Part shown: positions 1-10,864 of the stretch, one piece after another
Position numbering within the stretch: the first letter of the stretch is position 1
Layout: the number at the start of each line of letters is the position of its first letter
Position numbers and translations under genes: made by a program
The notes under the pieces: generated by a model
The model's input: only the letters and a program-made list of their open reading frames with translations
Databases searched by the model: none
What the model was told of the DNA's origin: nothing
Origin: an uncultured delta proteobacterium
GTDB taxonomy: Bacteria; Myxococcota_A; Polyangia; Fen-1088
Direction of reading: 5' to 3'
Length of the DNA stretch: 64,000 nucleotides
Assembly: GCA_963796685.1 (NCBI GenBank)
Contig: CAWCMR010000015.1
Location: 1-64,000 of the forward strand

Positions 1-961
1 GTGCCTTGTGCTTGGTGTAGGGCCAGTAGCGCAAATGATACCAGGCATAGGCCAAGCCGAACTGGATCCGCCGCGGCAAGGAGAGCCCATCGAAGCTGGG
101 CCAGAACAGGTTGCAGGTGTCGCAGGGCCGAATGCGGCGGCGGTTGCCTGTCCGATGCGCCTGGCGGTAGGCCCGGGCACGCTCGCCGTTGAAGATGTCC
201 AGCACCGATTCCTGGGTGGCGTCACCCCAGCTGAAGTCGCCCTCGGCGTCCATGCAGCAGAGAGTCACGCGGCCGTTCGACAAGACATCCAATCGGGTCA
301 GGTGCTCGCAGGGGAAGCTCGGCACGGGCAGCGGGCTGTTCACGTCGCCCAGGTAGTTGAACAGTCCGACGACCATGCAATGGACGTTCTTGTCTCGACA
401 GTAGGCAGCGAAACGCGCTTCATCGTCCGCGGTCGTCTCCTTGGTGCGGGTCATGCGCACCGTGATCTCGCGGGCCAGGCGCTTGCGGCGCGCGGGATCG
501 ACCGCATAGTCGAGGTTGCGCAGGGTCCGCTCCAGCCGTAGGCCCATCACCGACTCGTACTTTTCCGGGTCCAGCGTGTTGAGGCTGACGAACAGGTGGT
601 CGATGCCGAGGTCGAGGAGCGCGTCCACGCGCTTGTCGGTCAGACCGAAGCCGTTGGTGTAGAGCCGCAACTTGGTGTCGGGCAGCCGCTCGCGGATGTA
701 GCGCAAACGAGGAATGATTTGCGGATCCATGAATGGCTCGCCGTTCAGGAAGGGCTCGATGGCCTGCAGCTTGAACGTGGTGCAATCGTCGACGATCTTC
801 TGGAAGGTCTCGTCCGACATGGCCTGGCGGTCGCGGCTCATCGCGCTGTTGGGGCAGAAGGCGCACTTGGCGTTGCAGGCGTTGGTGGTCTCGATGGCCA
901 CCAGGCGGGGAAGCTCCACGTGCGCCTTCCGCGCGTCCGAGTGCCGAATGCCGATCGTCAA
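1..961 (-). CDS. Radical SAM/SPASM-domain protein, 3' end runs off the window
   Basis: Not in the ORF track because it has no stop in the window. Manual translation from TTG at 961 gives ...VAIETTNACNAKCAFCPN (CxxxCxxC), NGEPF, LYTNG and a Cys-rich C-terminus (PCEHL...VTLCCMD...PCDTC). Confidence 0.85.
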   Translation of the reverse strand, partial: MTIGIRHSDARKAHVELPRLVAIETTNACNAKCAFCPNSAMSRDRQAMSDETFQKIVDDCTTFKLQAIEPFLNGEPFMDPQIIPRLRYIRERLPDTKLRLYTNGFGLTDKRVDALLDLGIDHLFVSLNTLDPEKYESVMGLRLERTLRNLDYAVDPARRKRLAREITVRMTRTKETTADDEARFAAYCRDKNVHCMVVGLFNYLGDVNSPLPVPSFPCEHLTRLDVLSNGRVTLCCMDAEGDFSWGDATQESVLDIFNGERARAYRQAHRTGNRRRIRPCDTCNLFWPSFDGLSLPRRIQFGLAYAWYHLRYWPYTKHKA

Positions 962-995
962 CGCTCAAGGTTCGACCTCATCGATTCGACGATGG

Positions 996-3459
996 CTAGA
1001 CCGGCTGGCCCGGCTCCGTCGCAAGGTTCCTGCGGCGTTTTTGGCGCCAAAGGATGACGGCGGGCATGGCGATCAGGGCGGCGGCCAGGCAGGAAACCTC
1101 GCCCAGGATGGACATCAGCCCGAACCCGCGCAAGGCCCGGCTGCTGGCGGCCAGCAGCGAGCCATAGCCCACGATGGTAGTCCAGGAACACAGGGCGACG
1201 GCGGCGCCGGTCGAGCCGACGGCGCGGACCATGTTGCGATCGTCGCGGTACCGTTGCGCGATGTTGAGGCCGTATTCCGCGCCGATCCCGAAGGTGATGG
1301 GCAACGCAATGAAGTTGAGAAAGGTGATCTTGACCTCGGCGGTTCCGGCGATGCCCACCATCCAAACCACGCCGACGAGGAGCGTGGCGATGGCCGACAG
1401 GGCGGCGGAGAAGGGGCGCATGATGAGAAACGAAAACAGCAAGACGACGATCAGGGACGCCCCGGTGGCCAAGGGTCCGTCGTGCAAGATGGAGCGAATC
1501 ATGCCCGCGAACACCACGGCGCCGCCCGAGGTCGCGATGGTCTTGTGGAACTCCGGGAGCGGCAGGTACTGCAGGACATGGGCGATGCGCAAGAGATCGC
1601 GGCCGTTCCAAACCGACAGGTGCTCTTCGATGGGATAGACCAGCACCACCCGTCCGATGGTTCCGTCCGCCTCGGTGAAGGGGCGTCGTGCCAGGGCAGG
1701 CACGTCTTCGGGAGAGAGCACATGAAGATTCTTCGGAAATGTCGATCTGGGCGATCTGCTTGCGCTCCTTTTCGCTCAGGGCCTGCAGCGCCGGATCGTG
1801 GGTGAGCTTGCGGATGTCGCCCAGGATGGCCAGCTTGCGGGTCTGGATTTCGGGCGTTCCGGGCAGGACGTCGTTGATGGTGACGATCTGACCGATGACG
1901 TGCTCGGCCTGGTCGTTGCGCCAGATCGAGGCGCGAATGGCCTCGACTTCCCGCATGTCGTCCGCCAGCACGATGGTGGGCGAGGGCCAGCGACCGAACA
2001 GCTTTTCCATGCTCTGGTTGAACTGGCGGGATTCCTCGGTGCTCTGCAGGTTGGCGTTCAGCTTGCGGAAGTCGTATTCGAAGGGCGCGCTGGCGAAGTG
2101 CAGCAGGCCCACGCTGCAGAAGATGGTCAGGGCGACGGCCACGATGACGATGCTGCGCGGGCGCCGGTCGATCCAGCGGCCGAGAAAGGACAGGTTGAAG
2201 GGGGCGCGTGCCGGGCGTTGGCTCTTGGTCGACGCGCGCCGATCGAGGAGGAAGAAGAGGGCAGGGAGAACCGTGAAGGTGAGGCCCCAGCAGAAGAGGA
2301 CGCCGAATGCCGCCATGACACCGAACTGGTAGAAGCCGCGGAACTTGGTCAGCATCAAGGTCGCGTAGGCGGCCGAGGCGCAGACCGCCGCGACGCCGGT
2401 TCCCCGCGTGACCCCCGCGATCGCGCGTTGCATGGCATCGAAGGTCGAGTCCCCGGCGGCCCGGCACTCCTCGTAGCGCGACATCAGAATGATGGCGTAA
2501 TTGATGCCGTTGCCGACGATGATCGAGCCGAGAAAAGCGGTCGAAGAGTTGACGTAGCCGAAGGCCAGCTCCGCCACCGCGAAAGCCATGACCGTGCCGA
2601 TAACGGCGGAGGTGGCGATGAGGGGCAGCGAGCGCAGCCGACTGAAATAGAGCGCGATGGAGAGCGCAACGATGACCAAGCAAGTGACGGTGACCCACAG
2701 AATGTCGCTCTCGACGGCCTTGCGGGTGGCGACGGCGGTCGCCACCGGACCGCCGATGAAGGCTTCCATGTGGGGGTTGAAGGCGCGGGGGTCGTTCTCC
2801 TTGATGAGCCGGGTCGCCGCCTCGTAGATTCCCTCGCCGCCGTGCTCCCCGAAAATGCTGCTTGGGGGAAGCGCGGCGATCCACACGTAGCTGCCGTCGT
2901 GGTTCTTGAACACGCCGTCGGGGAAGCGTCCGCCCAAGCGGTCTTGCTTGGTCAACCGGTCGCGCATGGAATCGACCGACTCCTCGTCGTCATCCGACAA
3001 ATCGACGAGCAGGGATTCTTGCGCTTCCCGATCTCGCTGCGCAGGCGATCTCGGATCTCGACGAGATCCTGTCTCGCCGACGTAGAGCCACTTGTTCTTC
3101 TCGAAGAAGTCCCTGAGATCGCGGACGTTGTAGGTGGCCAAGGCCACCGTCGATTTCGGGAGGGCCTGCAGCTTTCGCGTCAGTACCTCGGCGTAGCGTA
3201 GGTTCGCCTCTTTGTCCGGAGAGCGGATGCCGACGAGGAGCAGCGACATGTCCCCCAGGCGCTTTTCCGTCTTCTCCAGCGCGACCACACCAGGGTCGTC
3301 GCTGGGCAGAAGCTCGGAGATGGCGGTCTTGAGCTCCAGCTTGGAGGCAAGCAAGGCCGCGACGGCGAAAAGCAGCAAGGCGGCGATCAGGATCGCGCCC
3401 GCGCGGCGAGAGACGAATTGGCAGTAACGCGCAGCTCTTGAATCACTCTGGGAAGACAT
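996..3459 (-). CDS. MMPL/RND-family transporter (HpnN-like), frameshifted
   Basis: Two TM bundles with RND signatures (IIVGNGINYAI; LPITFGIGAEYG). The C-terminal half continues in ORF 996..1721. Apparent indels near 1720 and a compensated pair near 3020-3070. Confidence 0.85.
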
Positions 3460-3561
3460 CTGGAAGGGGGGAACCTAACCCGTTCACGCCTCGCGAAACA
3501 AGGCTTCTCGACACGCCCGCGTTCCCGGCACAATCCGGCCCCGCCTGCGCTATGAATAGGC

Positions 3562-4740
3562 ATGCCTTCGACCAGCCACCGCGTGAGCACCTTCACGGAG
3601 TCGGTCATCCGCTCCATGACCCGCTTGGCGAACAAACACGGGGCCATCAACCTTTCGCAGGGTTTCCCCGACTTCGATCCGCCCTTGGCGCTTGCGCAGG
3701 CGGCCGAGCGCGCGGGCCGGCACGGACCCCACCAGTACGCGGTGACCTGGGGTGCGCCAGGCTTCCGCGCGGCCTTGGCGCGCAAGCAGTCGCGGTTCAT
3801 GGGGATGGACATCGATCCCGAGGAGAACATCGTGGTCACTTGCGGCAGCACCGAGGCCATGATGGCGGCGATGATGACCGCCTGCAATCCGGGGGATCGG
3901 GTCATCGTCTTCTCGCCCTTCTACGAAAACTACGTGGCGGACACGATCCTGTCGGGGGCCGAGCCTATCTTCGTGCCGCTGCACCCGCCGGATTTTCGCT
4001 TCGATCCGGACGAATTGCGCCGCGCCTTCACCCAGCAAGCCCAAGGCCCTGATTCTTTGCAATCCCGCCAATCCCTCCGGGCGAGTGTTCACCAGGCCCG
4101 AGCTGGACCTCATCGCCGGGCTGGCCGAGGAATTCGACGCCTTCGTCATCACCGACGAGGTCTACGAGCACATCGTCTACGCCCCGCACCGGCACGTCTA
4201 TTTCGCCTCGCTGCCCGGCATGGCCGCGCGAACCATCAGTTGCAGCTCGCTGTCCAAGACCTATTCCATCACCGGCTGGCGGCTGGGCTACATCATCGCC
4301 GCGCCGGAGATCATCGCGGGAGCGCGCAAGGTCCACGACTTTCTCACCGTGGGTGCGGCGGCACCGTTGCAGGAGGCCGCCATCACCGGGCTGGAGCTTT
4401 CCCGACAGCTACTATGCCGAGCTGCAGTCGAGCTACAGCGCGAAGCGCGACCTGTTCCTCGGGCTATTTGCGCCGCGCCGGTCTGACTTTCACGGAGCCC
4501 GAGGGGGCCTACTACGTGATGGTGGACATCTCCGCTTTCGGCTGCGAATCGGACCGTGCGTTCTGCCAATGGCTGACTACCGAGATAGGCGTTGCGGCCG
4601 TGCCCGGATCCAGTTTCTTTCCGCGAGCCCGTCAATCGCTACGTTCGGTTCCATTTCGCCAAGCGACTGGAGACCTTGACCGCCGCTGGCGAGCGGTTGC
4701 TGGGTCTGCGCGGGCGTGCCCCGGTTGCAGTTGCGTATGA
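3562..4740 (+). CDS. PLP-dependent class I/II aminotransferase, frameshifted
   Basis: INLSQGFPDF, VVTCGSTEA, ITDEVYEHI and SSLSKTYSITGWRLG (PLP lysine), split between ORFs 3562..4740 and 4085..4486. Confidence 0.9.
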   Translation: MPSTSHRVSTFTESVIRSMTRLANKHGAINLSQGFPDFDPPLALAQAAERAGRHGPHQYAVTWGAPGFRAALARKQSRFMGMDIDPEENIVVTCGSTEAMMAAMMTACNPGDRVIVFSPFYENYVADTILSGAEPIFVPLHPPDFRFDPDELRRAFTQQAQGPDSLQSRQSLRASVHQARAGPHRRAGRGIRRLRHHRRGLRAHRLRPAPARLFRLAARHGRANHQLQLAVQDLFHHRLAAGLHHRRAGDHRGSAQGPRLSHRGCGGTVAGGRHHRAGAFPTATMPSCSRATARSATCSSGYLRRAGLTFTEPEGAYYVMVDISAFGCESDRAFCQWLTTEIGVAAVPGSSFFPRARQSLRSVPFRQATGDLDRRWRAVAGSARACPGCSCV

Positions 4741-4774
4741 CAGGTGATGCTGGCAAGCTGCATGCTTCCTGACC

Positions 4775-5301
4775 ATGAACAAAATCTCTTTGATGTCCGT
4801 TGTTTTGGCCAGTGCTCTCGCCATGCTCCCGGCATGCGCGCACACGCCGCCGCCGCCGCCGTCGCCTTGCACGACGCCCGAGCCCATCAGGCTGTACCTG
4901 ACAGCCTCGCCGCTGTCTGAATCCGGGCGAACATGGCGAGTCTTTGGCGACCACGGTTCGCATCTATCAACTCAAGGACACGGGCAAGCTCATCGAGTCC
5001 AGCTTCGATCGGATCCTCGACAACGACCGCGCCGTCTCTGGGTGATGATTTCGTCTCGGTACAAGAGCTGACGCTGTATCCGGGGGACAAGGCCGCTCCG
5101 ACCCTGGTGCGCGGCGAAGGGGCCACCAGCCTGGCGGTGGTGGCCATGTTCCGTCGTCCGATCGGACCGTCGTGGCGAGCCATCCGCAAGCTTCCGCCCC
5201 CCGATCCCCAGTTTTGTCACGGCACCGTCGCGACCCCGGCGGCGCTGGCGGCGACCCAGTTGAGGTTCACCCTGGAAGACAGCCGCGTGGAGATGCGATG
5301 A
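4775..5301 (+). CDS. tssJ: T6SS outer-membrane lipoprotein TssJ, frameshifted
   Basis: Lipobox (AMLPAC). An alternative frame reads TTVRIYQLKD and the C-terminus reads QELTLYPG...LAVVAMFRRP..SWR. Lies directly upstream of tssK. Confidence 0.8.
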
Positions 5302-5311
5302 GGTCAAGATC

Positions 5312-6700
5312 ATGAAGGGTTTGCAGCGAGTCGTTTGGTCCGAGGGAATGCTGGTTTCGCCCCAGCATCTGCAGCAGGCCGACCTGTACCACGAGCGGAT
5401 GCTCGATTGCCGCCTCGCGGCGACCGCGCCCCTTTCGTGGGGCATCTCGGCGGTGCAGATCGACGCTGGCGCACTGGCGGCGGACCAACTCGTGGTCACC
5501 CGATTCGCGGGTGTGTTGCCCGACGGGCTTCCGCTCGATTTCAAGGCCGGCGATCCCGAGGCACCGGCGGCGCGCCCCATCGGCGCGAGCTTTCCACCCG
5601 CGCTGCCGGCGCTGGAGGTGTTCCTGGCCGTGCCCAAGGAGCGCGAGGGCGTGCCTTCGGTGGCGGCGGAAATGGCCGCGGACGCCAAGTCCCAGGCGGG
5701 GAAGGCCGCGATCCGGACCCGTTTCCGCAGCGCCAGCCAGAAGATCGTCGACATGACCGGCGAGGCGGCCGATCTGACCATGGCCTTCGCCCAGCGCAAC
5801 CTGACCGTGCTCTTCGGCAACGAGGCGCGCGACGACTACGAGTCCATCAAGATCGCCGAGGTCGTTCGCGATGCCGGAGGAGCCCTGCTGGTCAGCGATG
5901 CCTACATCCCGTCGGTGCTGACCATCTCGGCTTCGCCCTTCTTGATGGGCGCGGTTCAGCGCCTGCTCGCTCTCATGGTGGCCAAGCAGCGCCAGCTTTC
6001 GGCAGAGCGGGCCCAGCGCGATTCGGCCTCCATCGAGTTCGGCGCCAACGACGTGACCCGCTACCTGCAGCTCTCGGCGCTCAATGCCACCATCCCCTTT
6101 CTGGTCCACGCCGGTCGCAACGGCGAGCTGAGCCCTCGCGAGCTCTACCTGTTTCTGATTCAAAGCGCGGGGCAGCTCTCGACGTTCTCCATCGACACCG
6201 ATCCGTCGGCCTTTCCGCCCTTCGTCTACACCGACCTGCGCTCGACCTTCGAGGAGCTGTTCGCCCTTCTGACCGGGCTTTTGCGCGCGAACCTGCGCGA
6301 GCTGTGCGTGCGGGTGCCCATGGAAATCCACGAAGGTATCCACGTCGGCAGCCTGAACGACGAACGTATCCTCAAGTGCCAGCAGTTCGTGCTGGGCGCG
6401 GTTTCGTCCATGCCCGTGGAGCAGGTGGCGCGCGATCTGGCCAGTCGAACCAAGATTGCATCGTGGACGCAACTGCCGTTCCTCATGCGCGCCGCGACCC
6501 GCGGCGTCCCCCTGCAGGTCACACACCGTCCGCCCGCCGAAATTCCCGTGCGGCCGGGCGTGGTCTACTTCCTGATGGATACCTCGATCGATCACTGGCG
6601 GCAAGTCCTGGCGGAACGGAAGGTCGCAATTTACGCGCCACCGCCGTTCGACGCGTCCCAGGTCAAGGTCGAGCTTTACGGCATCCCGAGCAAGGGCTGA
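5312..6700 (+). CDS. tssK: T6SS baseplate subunit TssK
   Basis: RVVWSEGMLVSPQHLQQ N-terminus, YIPSVL, RPPAEIPVRPGVVYF. Position between tssJ and tssL. Confidence 0.93.
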   Translation: MKGLQRVVWSEGMLVSPQHLQQADLYHERMLDCRLAATAPLSWGISAVQIDAGALAADQLVVTRFAGVLPDGLPLDFKAGDPEAPAARPIGASFPPALPALEVFLAVPKEREGVPSVAAEMAADAKSQAGKAAIRTRFRSASQKIVDMTGEAADLTMAFAQRNLTVLFGNEARDDYESIKIAEVVRDAGGALLVSDAYIPSVLTISASPFLMGAVQRLLALMVAKQRQLSAERAQRDSASIEFGANDVTRYLQLSALNATIPFLVHAGRNGELSPRELYLFLIQSAGQLSTFSIDTDPSAFPPFVYTDLRSTFEELFALLTGLLRANLRELCVRVPMEIHEGIHVGSLNDERILKCQQFVLGAVSSMPVEQVARDLASRTKIASWTQLPFLMRAATRGVPLQVTHRPPAEIPVRPGVVYFLMDTSIDHWRQVLAERKVAIYAPPPFDASQVKVELYGIPSKG

Positions 6701-6712
6701 GGTGGCGACATC

Positions 6713-7381
6713 ATGGCGGACATCGTTCAAGAGCTGACCGGAGAATGTTTCGGCGCCATCGCGCGCCTGCGTGAGCTCGACGGCCCTGTGCCGTCGCCGG
6801 AGACGGTGCACGCGCGCCTACGCGGGTACCTCGAGGCGCTGAAGGATCGCGCGCGCACGCACGGCGTTCCCGACAGGGACACGCAGGACATCCTCTATGC
6901 CCTGGTTGCGCTCACCGACGAAGTGGCCATCAACACGCCCGAGCCGTTGCGCTCGTACTGGATGAGCCAGCCGCTGCAGCTGCACTATTTTGGCGAAAAC
7001 GTGGCGGGCGAGGGTTTCTTCACCCGACTTCAGGCCTTGCTTGGCGAAGGGCGCCGCATCGAGGTGCTGCGCGTGTACCACTTGTGCCTGCTCTTCGGTT
7101 TCCAGGGCAAGTACGGCTTTCCGGGCGGCGACGTGGAGCTTCTGCGCATCGCCGACGGCGTGCGCAACCTGCTCGAACGAAATCTGGAAGTGCCGGACGA
7201 GATGGCTCCCGCGGGTGAGCCGCCCGACGAGCCCATGGTGCGCAGGGCAGGCAGCAACCTCATGCTGTGGGTGTCGCTCGGCATCTTCGCGCTGGCCCTC
7301 GCGGTCTTCGTGGGGTTGCGGGTGTCGTTCGATCAACAAGTCTCCGACGTCACCGCTCGCGTCGACAAACTAGCGCATTAG
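6713..7381 (+). CDS. tssL: TssL/DotU without OmpA domain
   Basis: YALVALTDE, WMSQPLQLHYFGENVAGEGFF, VYHLCLLFGFQGKY and a single C-terminal TM helix. Confidence 0.93.
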   Translation: MADIVQELTGECFGAIARLRELDGPVPSPETVHARLRGYLEALKDRARTHGVPDRDTQDILYALVALTDEVAINTPEPLRSYWMSQPLQLHYFGENVAGEGFFTRLQALLGEGRRIEVLRVYHLCLLFGFQGKYGFPGGDVELLRIADGVRNLLERNLEVPDEMAPAGEPPDEPMVRRAGSNLMLWVSLGIFALALAVFVGLRVSFDQQVSDVTARVDKLAH

Positions 7382-7391
7382 AGGTCTCGCC

Positions 7392-10300
7392 GTGCTCAAG
7401 TACATCTTCGGAGCCATCTTCATCGCGCTCGTCTGGGCCGCCGCCATCGTCTTCCACGGCGTTTCGGCGCTGTTCATCGCGGCCATCGTCGTCACCGCCG
7501 TGGTGGTGCTGGGGCTGGCGGCGTGGGCCATCTACAAGGCCGTGGCCACCCGCAAAGCTGCCAGCGCCATCGAGCAGGGGCTTGGCGATCTATCGGGAAA
7601 ATCAAACATCCGCCCCGATCAACAGGCCGAGATCACGGCCATGCAGGTCGAGTTCCAGAAGGCCATCGCCGGTCTCAAGTCCTCGCGCCTTGGCCACAAG
7701 GGGCGCGACGCCCTGGGCTTGCTTCCCTGGTACATCATCATCGGACCTCCTGGCGCAGGCAAGACGACCGCGCTGCGCAGCTCGGGACTGCAATTTCCCT
7801 ACGCCAAGGGAGGCAAGGTCAAGGGCGTTGGGGGCACGCGCAACTGCGACTGGTGGCTGACCAACGAGGCCATCATCCTCGATACCGCCGGCCGCTGGTC
7901 GACCCAGGACGACGACCACGAAGAGTGGCTGGCCTTCCTGGATCTCTTGCGCAGGACCCGTCCCAAAAAGCCCGTCAACGGCATCCTGCTTGCGGTGAGC
8001 CTCCTCGATCTCGAAGGCGGCGAAGAGGAAATGTCGGCACTGGCCAAGGCGCTCCGCGATCGCCTCGACGAGGTGACCGGCCGCTTGGACATGGTGGTGC
8101 CGGTGTATCTGTTGGTCACCAAGACCGACCTCGTCCCCGGTTTCGTCGAGATGTTCGGCGACCTGCGCGACAAGGAGCGCGGGCAGATCTGGGGTGTGTC
8201 GCTGCCGCTCGGGGCCAGCCCGGACGAGCGGGCCGACATGCTCGGCGAGCAACTCCAGGAGCTGTTCGACGTGGCCGGGCAGCGCTCCTTCCCGCGCCTG
8301 ACCGAGGAACGGCGGGTGGACGCGCGCTTCAAGATCTTCGAGTTTTCGCAGCAGCTCGAGGCCTTTGGCCAGAATCTCAAGGCGCTGGTCACCGACCTGT
8401 TCGCCGAGAACGTCTACCAGGACGCTCCCATTCTGCGCGGCGTGTACTTCACCAGCGGCACGCAGGAGGGCCGTCCCATCGACCGCATCATGCAGAACAT
8501 GGCGGCGGCGTTCGGGGTGTCCGGGCGCGCCGGGGCCGGTGTCACCATCACCAAGCCCAAGAGCTACTTTTTGCGCGATGTCTTCACTCATGTGGTGTTC
8601 CCGGACCAGCAGGCGGCTGTGCGCAGCACGCGGGTCATGCGCAAGGAGAGAGTGCGACGTGTCGCGATCACCGCGGCGGCGTGCGCGCTGGCGGCCGGAT
8701 TCCTCTTCCTGCCCATTCGCTCCTACAGCACCAACTCCGGCTATGCCAAGGCCGCCTTGCGTGCCATCGACAAGTTGGCCTCCAGCAAGGCCAGCAAGGA
8801 CGGCTTGGGGTTGGTCTCCGCGGAATCGCTCGAATCGATCGAGGATCTGGCCAAGTCGCTGGCCGAAGGCGACAGCAGCTCGGTGCTGTTTCCGCGTGCC
8901 AGCGTCACCAAGCAACTGCGTACCGCCGTCGAAAGACTGGTCGTGCGTCCTATCCTGCGCGCCGACCTGGCCAAGGCCGCATCGCAGGGGGGGCTGTCCG
9001 CCTCGGAACTGATGGACGCCCTCGTGCTCCACCTTCTGCTCACGCAAGACAAGCAACCCGACGAGCCCACGCCGCGCACCGATCGCTGGGATGGCGCGGT
9101 CAAGCTGGCGGCCGACAAGGCCAGCGCGCGCTGGGTGGCGCTGACCAATCAGCCGGCCGCCGGTCGGGCGCCGCGCGTGATCGAGAACCTGGTCAAATTC
9201 TACGCCTCCGGCATCCAGGATCCGGCGGACATGATCGATCGGGACAAGAAGTTCGTGACCTATGCGCGAGCGGTCCTGATCGGCTCGGGCGACGATCCCT
9301 TGGCCGAGATCATCAACGACCCGAGCATGCCGCGCGATCTCAAGTCGATCGATCTTCTGGGCAGCGCGGTGGTGCTGTTTACACCCCAGCAACAGGGCAA
9401 GGGCAAGAAAGATATCGCCGTGCGCGGCGCCTTCACCCCGGACGGTTACCTGGCCGTGAAGAAACGCCTCGCCCAGCTGGAAAAAGCCCAGGATGATGAC
9501 GAGAATTCCTGGATTCTCGGCAAGGAGCGCAAAACCAAGGACGCCCGCGCCATCGCGAAGATCAAGGCCGAGTATTTCGTGCAGTACATCGCGGCCTGGA
9601 AGCGCTTCTTGCTGACGCTGTCCATGCGCGAACCGGCCACGCTCGACGAGGCCCGTGCCCTCATCAAGCGGCTCAACGCCGAAAAGCCCTTCGAGGCCAC
9701 CTGGAAGAACATCAGCGACAATTTGCTCCTCAAGGATGAGCCCTCGCTGGCCGACAAGGCCCTCGGCATGCTTCAGGGCGCGGCGGCGAAGAAGGGCGTG
9801 AAGGACCCGCGCGGGAAGAAGAAGACGGACGAGGACGAAGAGGACAATCGGGAGCCTGGCGCCAAGCAGGTCGAGACGGCCTTCGAGGGGTTGCTCCGCT
9901 TCGGTTCGGTCAAGCCCACCGGGTTCGAGCAATACGGACAGATCCTGACCGAGCTGGCGGGCGCCATGGGCGACGAGGGCATGCCAGACGCCAAGACCTT
10001 CCAGAATGCCCTTCGCACCCAGCGCACCAACCTGTCCAATCTTCTTGCTCGATACGACGACCAGGGCTGGGAGCAGGGCATGTTGGAGAAGATCCTGATG
10101 CCGCCCCTGCGTGGGGCCGAGGTCGCGGTGGTGGGCGCCAGCGCGGATTCGGCCAACCGCAAGTGGTGCGAGACCGTGTTCGTGGCCTTCGACCAATTGC
10201 TCGCCGGCAAGTATCCATTCGCCAGCGGCAGGTCCGTGGGTGAGGCCAAGATCGGCGACATCGAGAAGTTCTTCCAACCGACGACGGGGACGTTGTGGCA

Positions 10301-10853
10301 ATACTTCAGTGACTCCCTCGCCTCGGACATCGAAAGGGTGGGAACCCTGTTCCGGCTCAAGGAGGGAGGGGCGGTTCGCTATCGGGATGAATTCCTGAAG
10401 TTCCTTACCCGCGCGGCCGAATTGACCGGTCAGCTCTTTGCCAAGGAGCCGTCGAAGATTGGCCTGCCGATTGGTATTCACATCCGTCCCTCGGCACAAT
10501 ACTCGAAGATCATCTTCGACATCGGAACGAAGAAGATCGTCGGGTTGAACTCGGTGGATCGATGGGATGAATTCGTGTGGCCCATCCGCCGAGCCCAATT
10601 TCGGCTTTTCGTCAGGAACGACGAGGTAGAAACCATTGGGCCCCGTGACGAGGGCGAGTGGGCCTTCTTCTATCTGCTCGCCGCTGGCCAAAATCCGTCG
10701 AGGTCTGGTGACTACGTCACGGTGACGTATACGCCCAACCACGGCCAAAACAGGGTCCTGGTCGACTTCAAACCAGACAACCTTCGCGAGATCTTCCAGA
10801 AATTCGCGCTGCCTAGAAGCATCACCGCTGGCGGTGGTTCCTGCAGGAAATAG
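7392..10853 (+). CDS. tssM: TssM/IcmF
   Basis: N-terminal TM helices, LPWYIIIGPPGAGKTT (Walker A), GGTRNCDWW, LDTAGR, LRGVYFTSGTQEG and a GKYPF motif. 1153 aa. Confidence 0.95.
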   Translation: MLKYIFGAIFIALVWAAAIVFHGVSALFIAAIVVTAVVVLGLAAWAIYKAVATRKAASAIEQGLGDLSGKSNIRPDQQAEITAMQVEFQKAIAGLKSSRLGHKGRDALGLLPWYIIIGPPGAGKTTALRSSGLQFPYAKGGKVKGVGGTRNCDWWLTNEAIILDTAGRWSTQDDDHEEWLAFLDLLRRTRPKKPVNGILLAVSLLDLEGGEEEMSALAKALRDRLDEVTGRLDMVVPVYLLVTKTDLVPGFVEMFGDLRDKERGQIWGVSLPLGASPDERADMLGEQLQELFDVAGQRSFPRLTEERRVDARFKIFEFSQQLEAFGQNLKALVTDLFAENVYQDAPILRGVYFTSGTQEGRPIDRIMQNMAAAFGVSGRAGAGVTITKPKSYFLRDVFTHVVFPDQQAAVRSTRVMRKERVRRVAITAAACALAAGFLFLPIRSYSTNSGYAKAALRAIDKLASSKASKDGLGLVSAESLESIEDLAKSLAEGDSSSVLFPRASVTKQLRTAVERLVVRPILRADLAKAASQGGLSASELMDALVLHLLLTQDKQPDEPTPRTDRWDGAVKLAADKASARWVALTNQPAAGRAPRVIENLVKFYASGIQDPADMIDRDKKFVTYARAVLIGSGDDPLAEIINDPSMPRDLKSIDLLGSAVVLFTPQQQGKGKKDIAVRGAFTPDGYLAVKKRLAQLEKAQDDDENSWILGKERKTKDARAIAKIKAEYFVQYIAAWKRFLLTLSMREPATLDEARALIKRLNAEKPFEATWKNISDNLLLKDEPSLADKALGMLQGAAAKKGVKDPRGKKKTDEDEEDNREPGAKQVETAFEGLLRFGSVKPTGFEQYGQILTELAGAMGDEGMPDAKTFQNALRTQRTNLSNLLARYDDQGWEQGMLEKILMPPLRGAEVAVVGASADSANRKWCETVFVAFDQLLAGKYPFASGRSVGEAKIGDIEKFFQPTTGTLWQYFSDSLASDIERVGTLFRLKEGGAVRYRDEFLKFLTRAAELTGQLFAKEPSKIGLPIGIHIRPSAQYSKIIFDIGTKKIVGLNSVDRWDEFVWPIRRAQFRLFVRNDEVETIGPRDEGEWAFFYLLAAGQNPSRSGDYVTVTYTPNHGQNRVLVDFKPDNLREIFQKFALPRSITAGGGSCRK

Positions 10854-10864
10854 TCGGGGTAGCC

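Noticed and set aside
7602-10748. 1048-aa antisense ORF, and similar ones at 29023..31005, 31091..32785 and 5267..6811
   Set aside because: Shadow ORFs opposite well-supported genes, expected in high-GC DNA.
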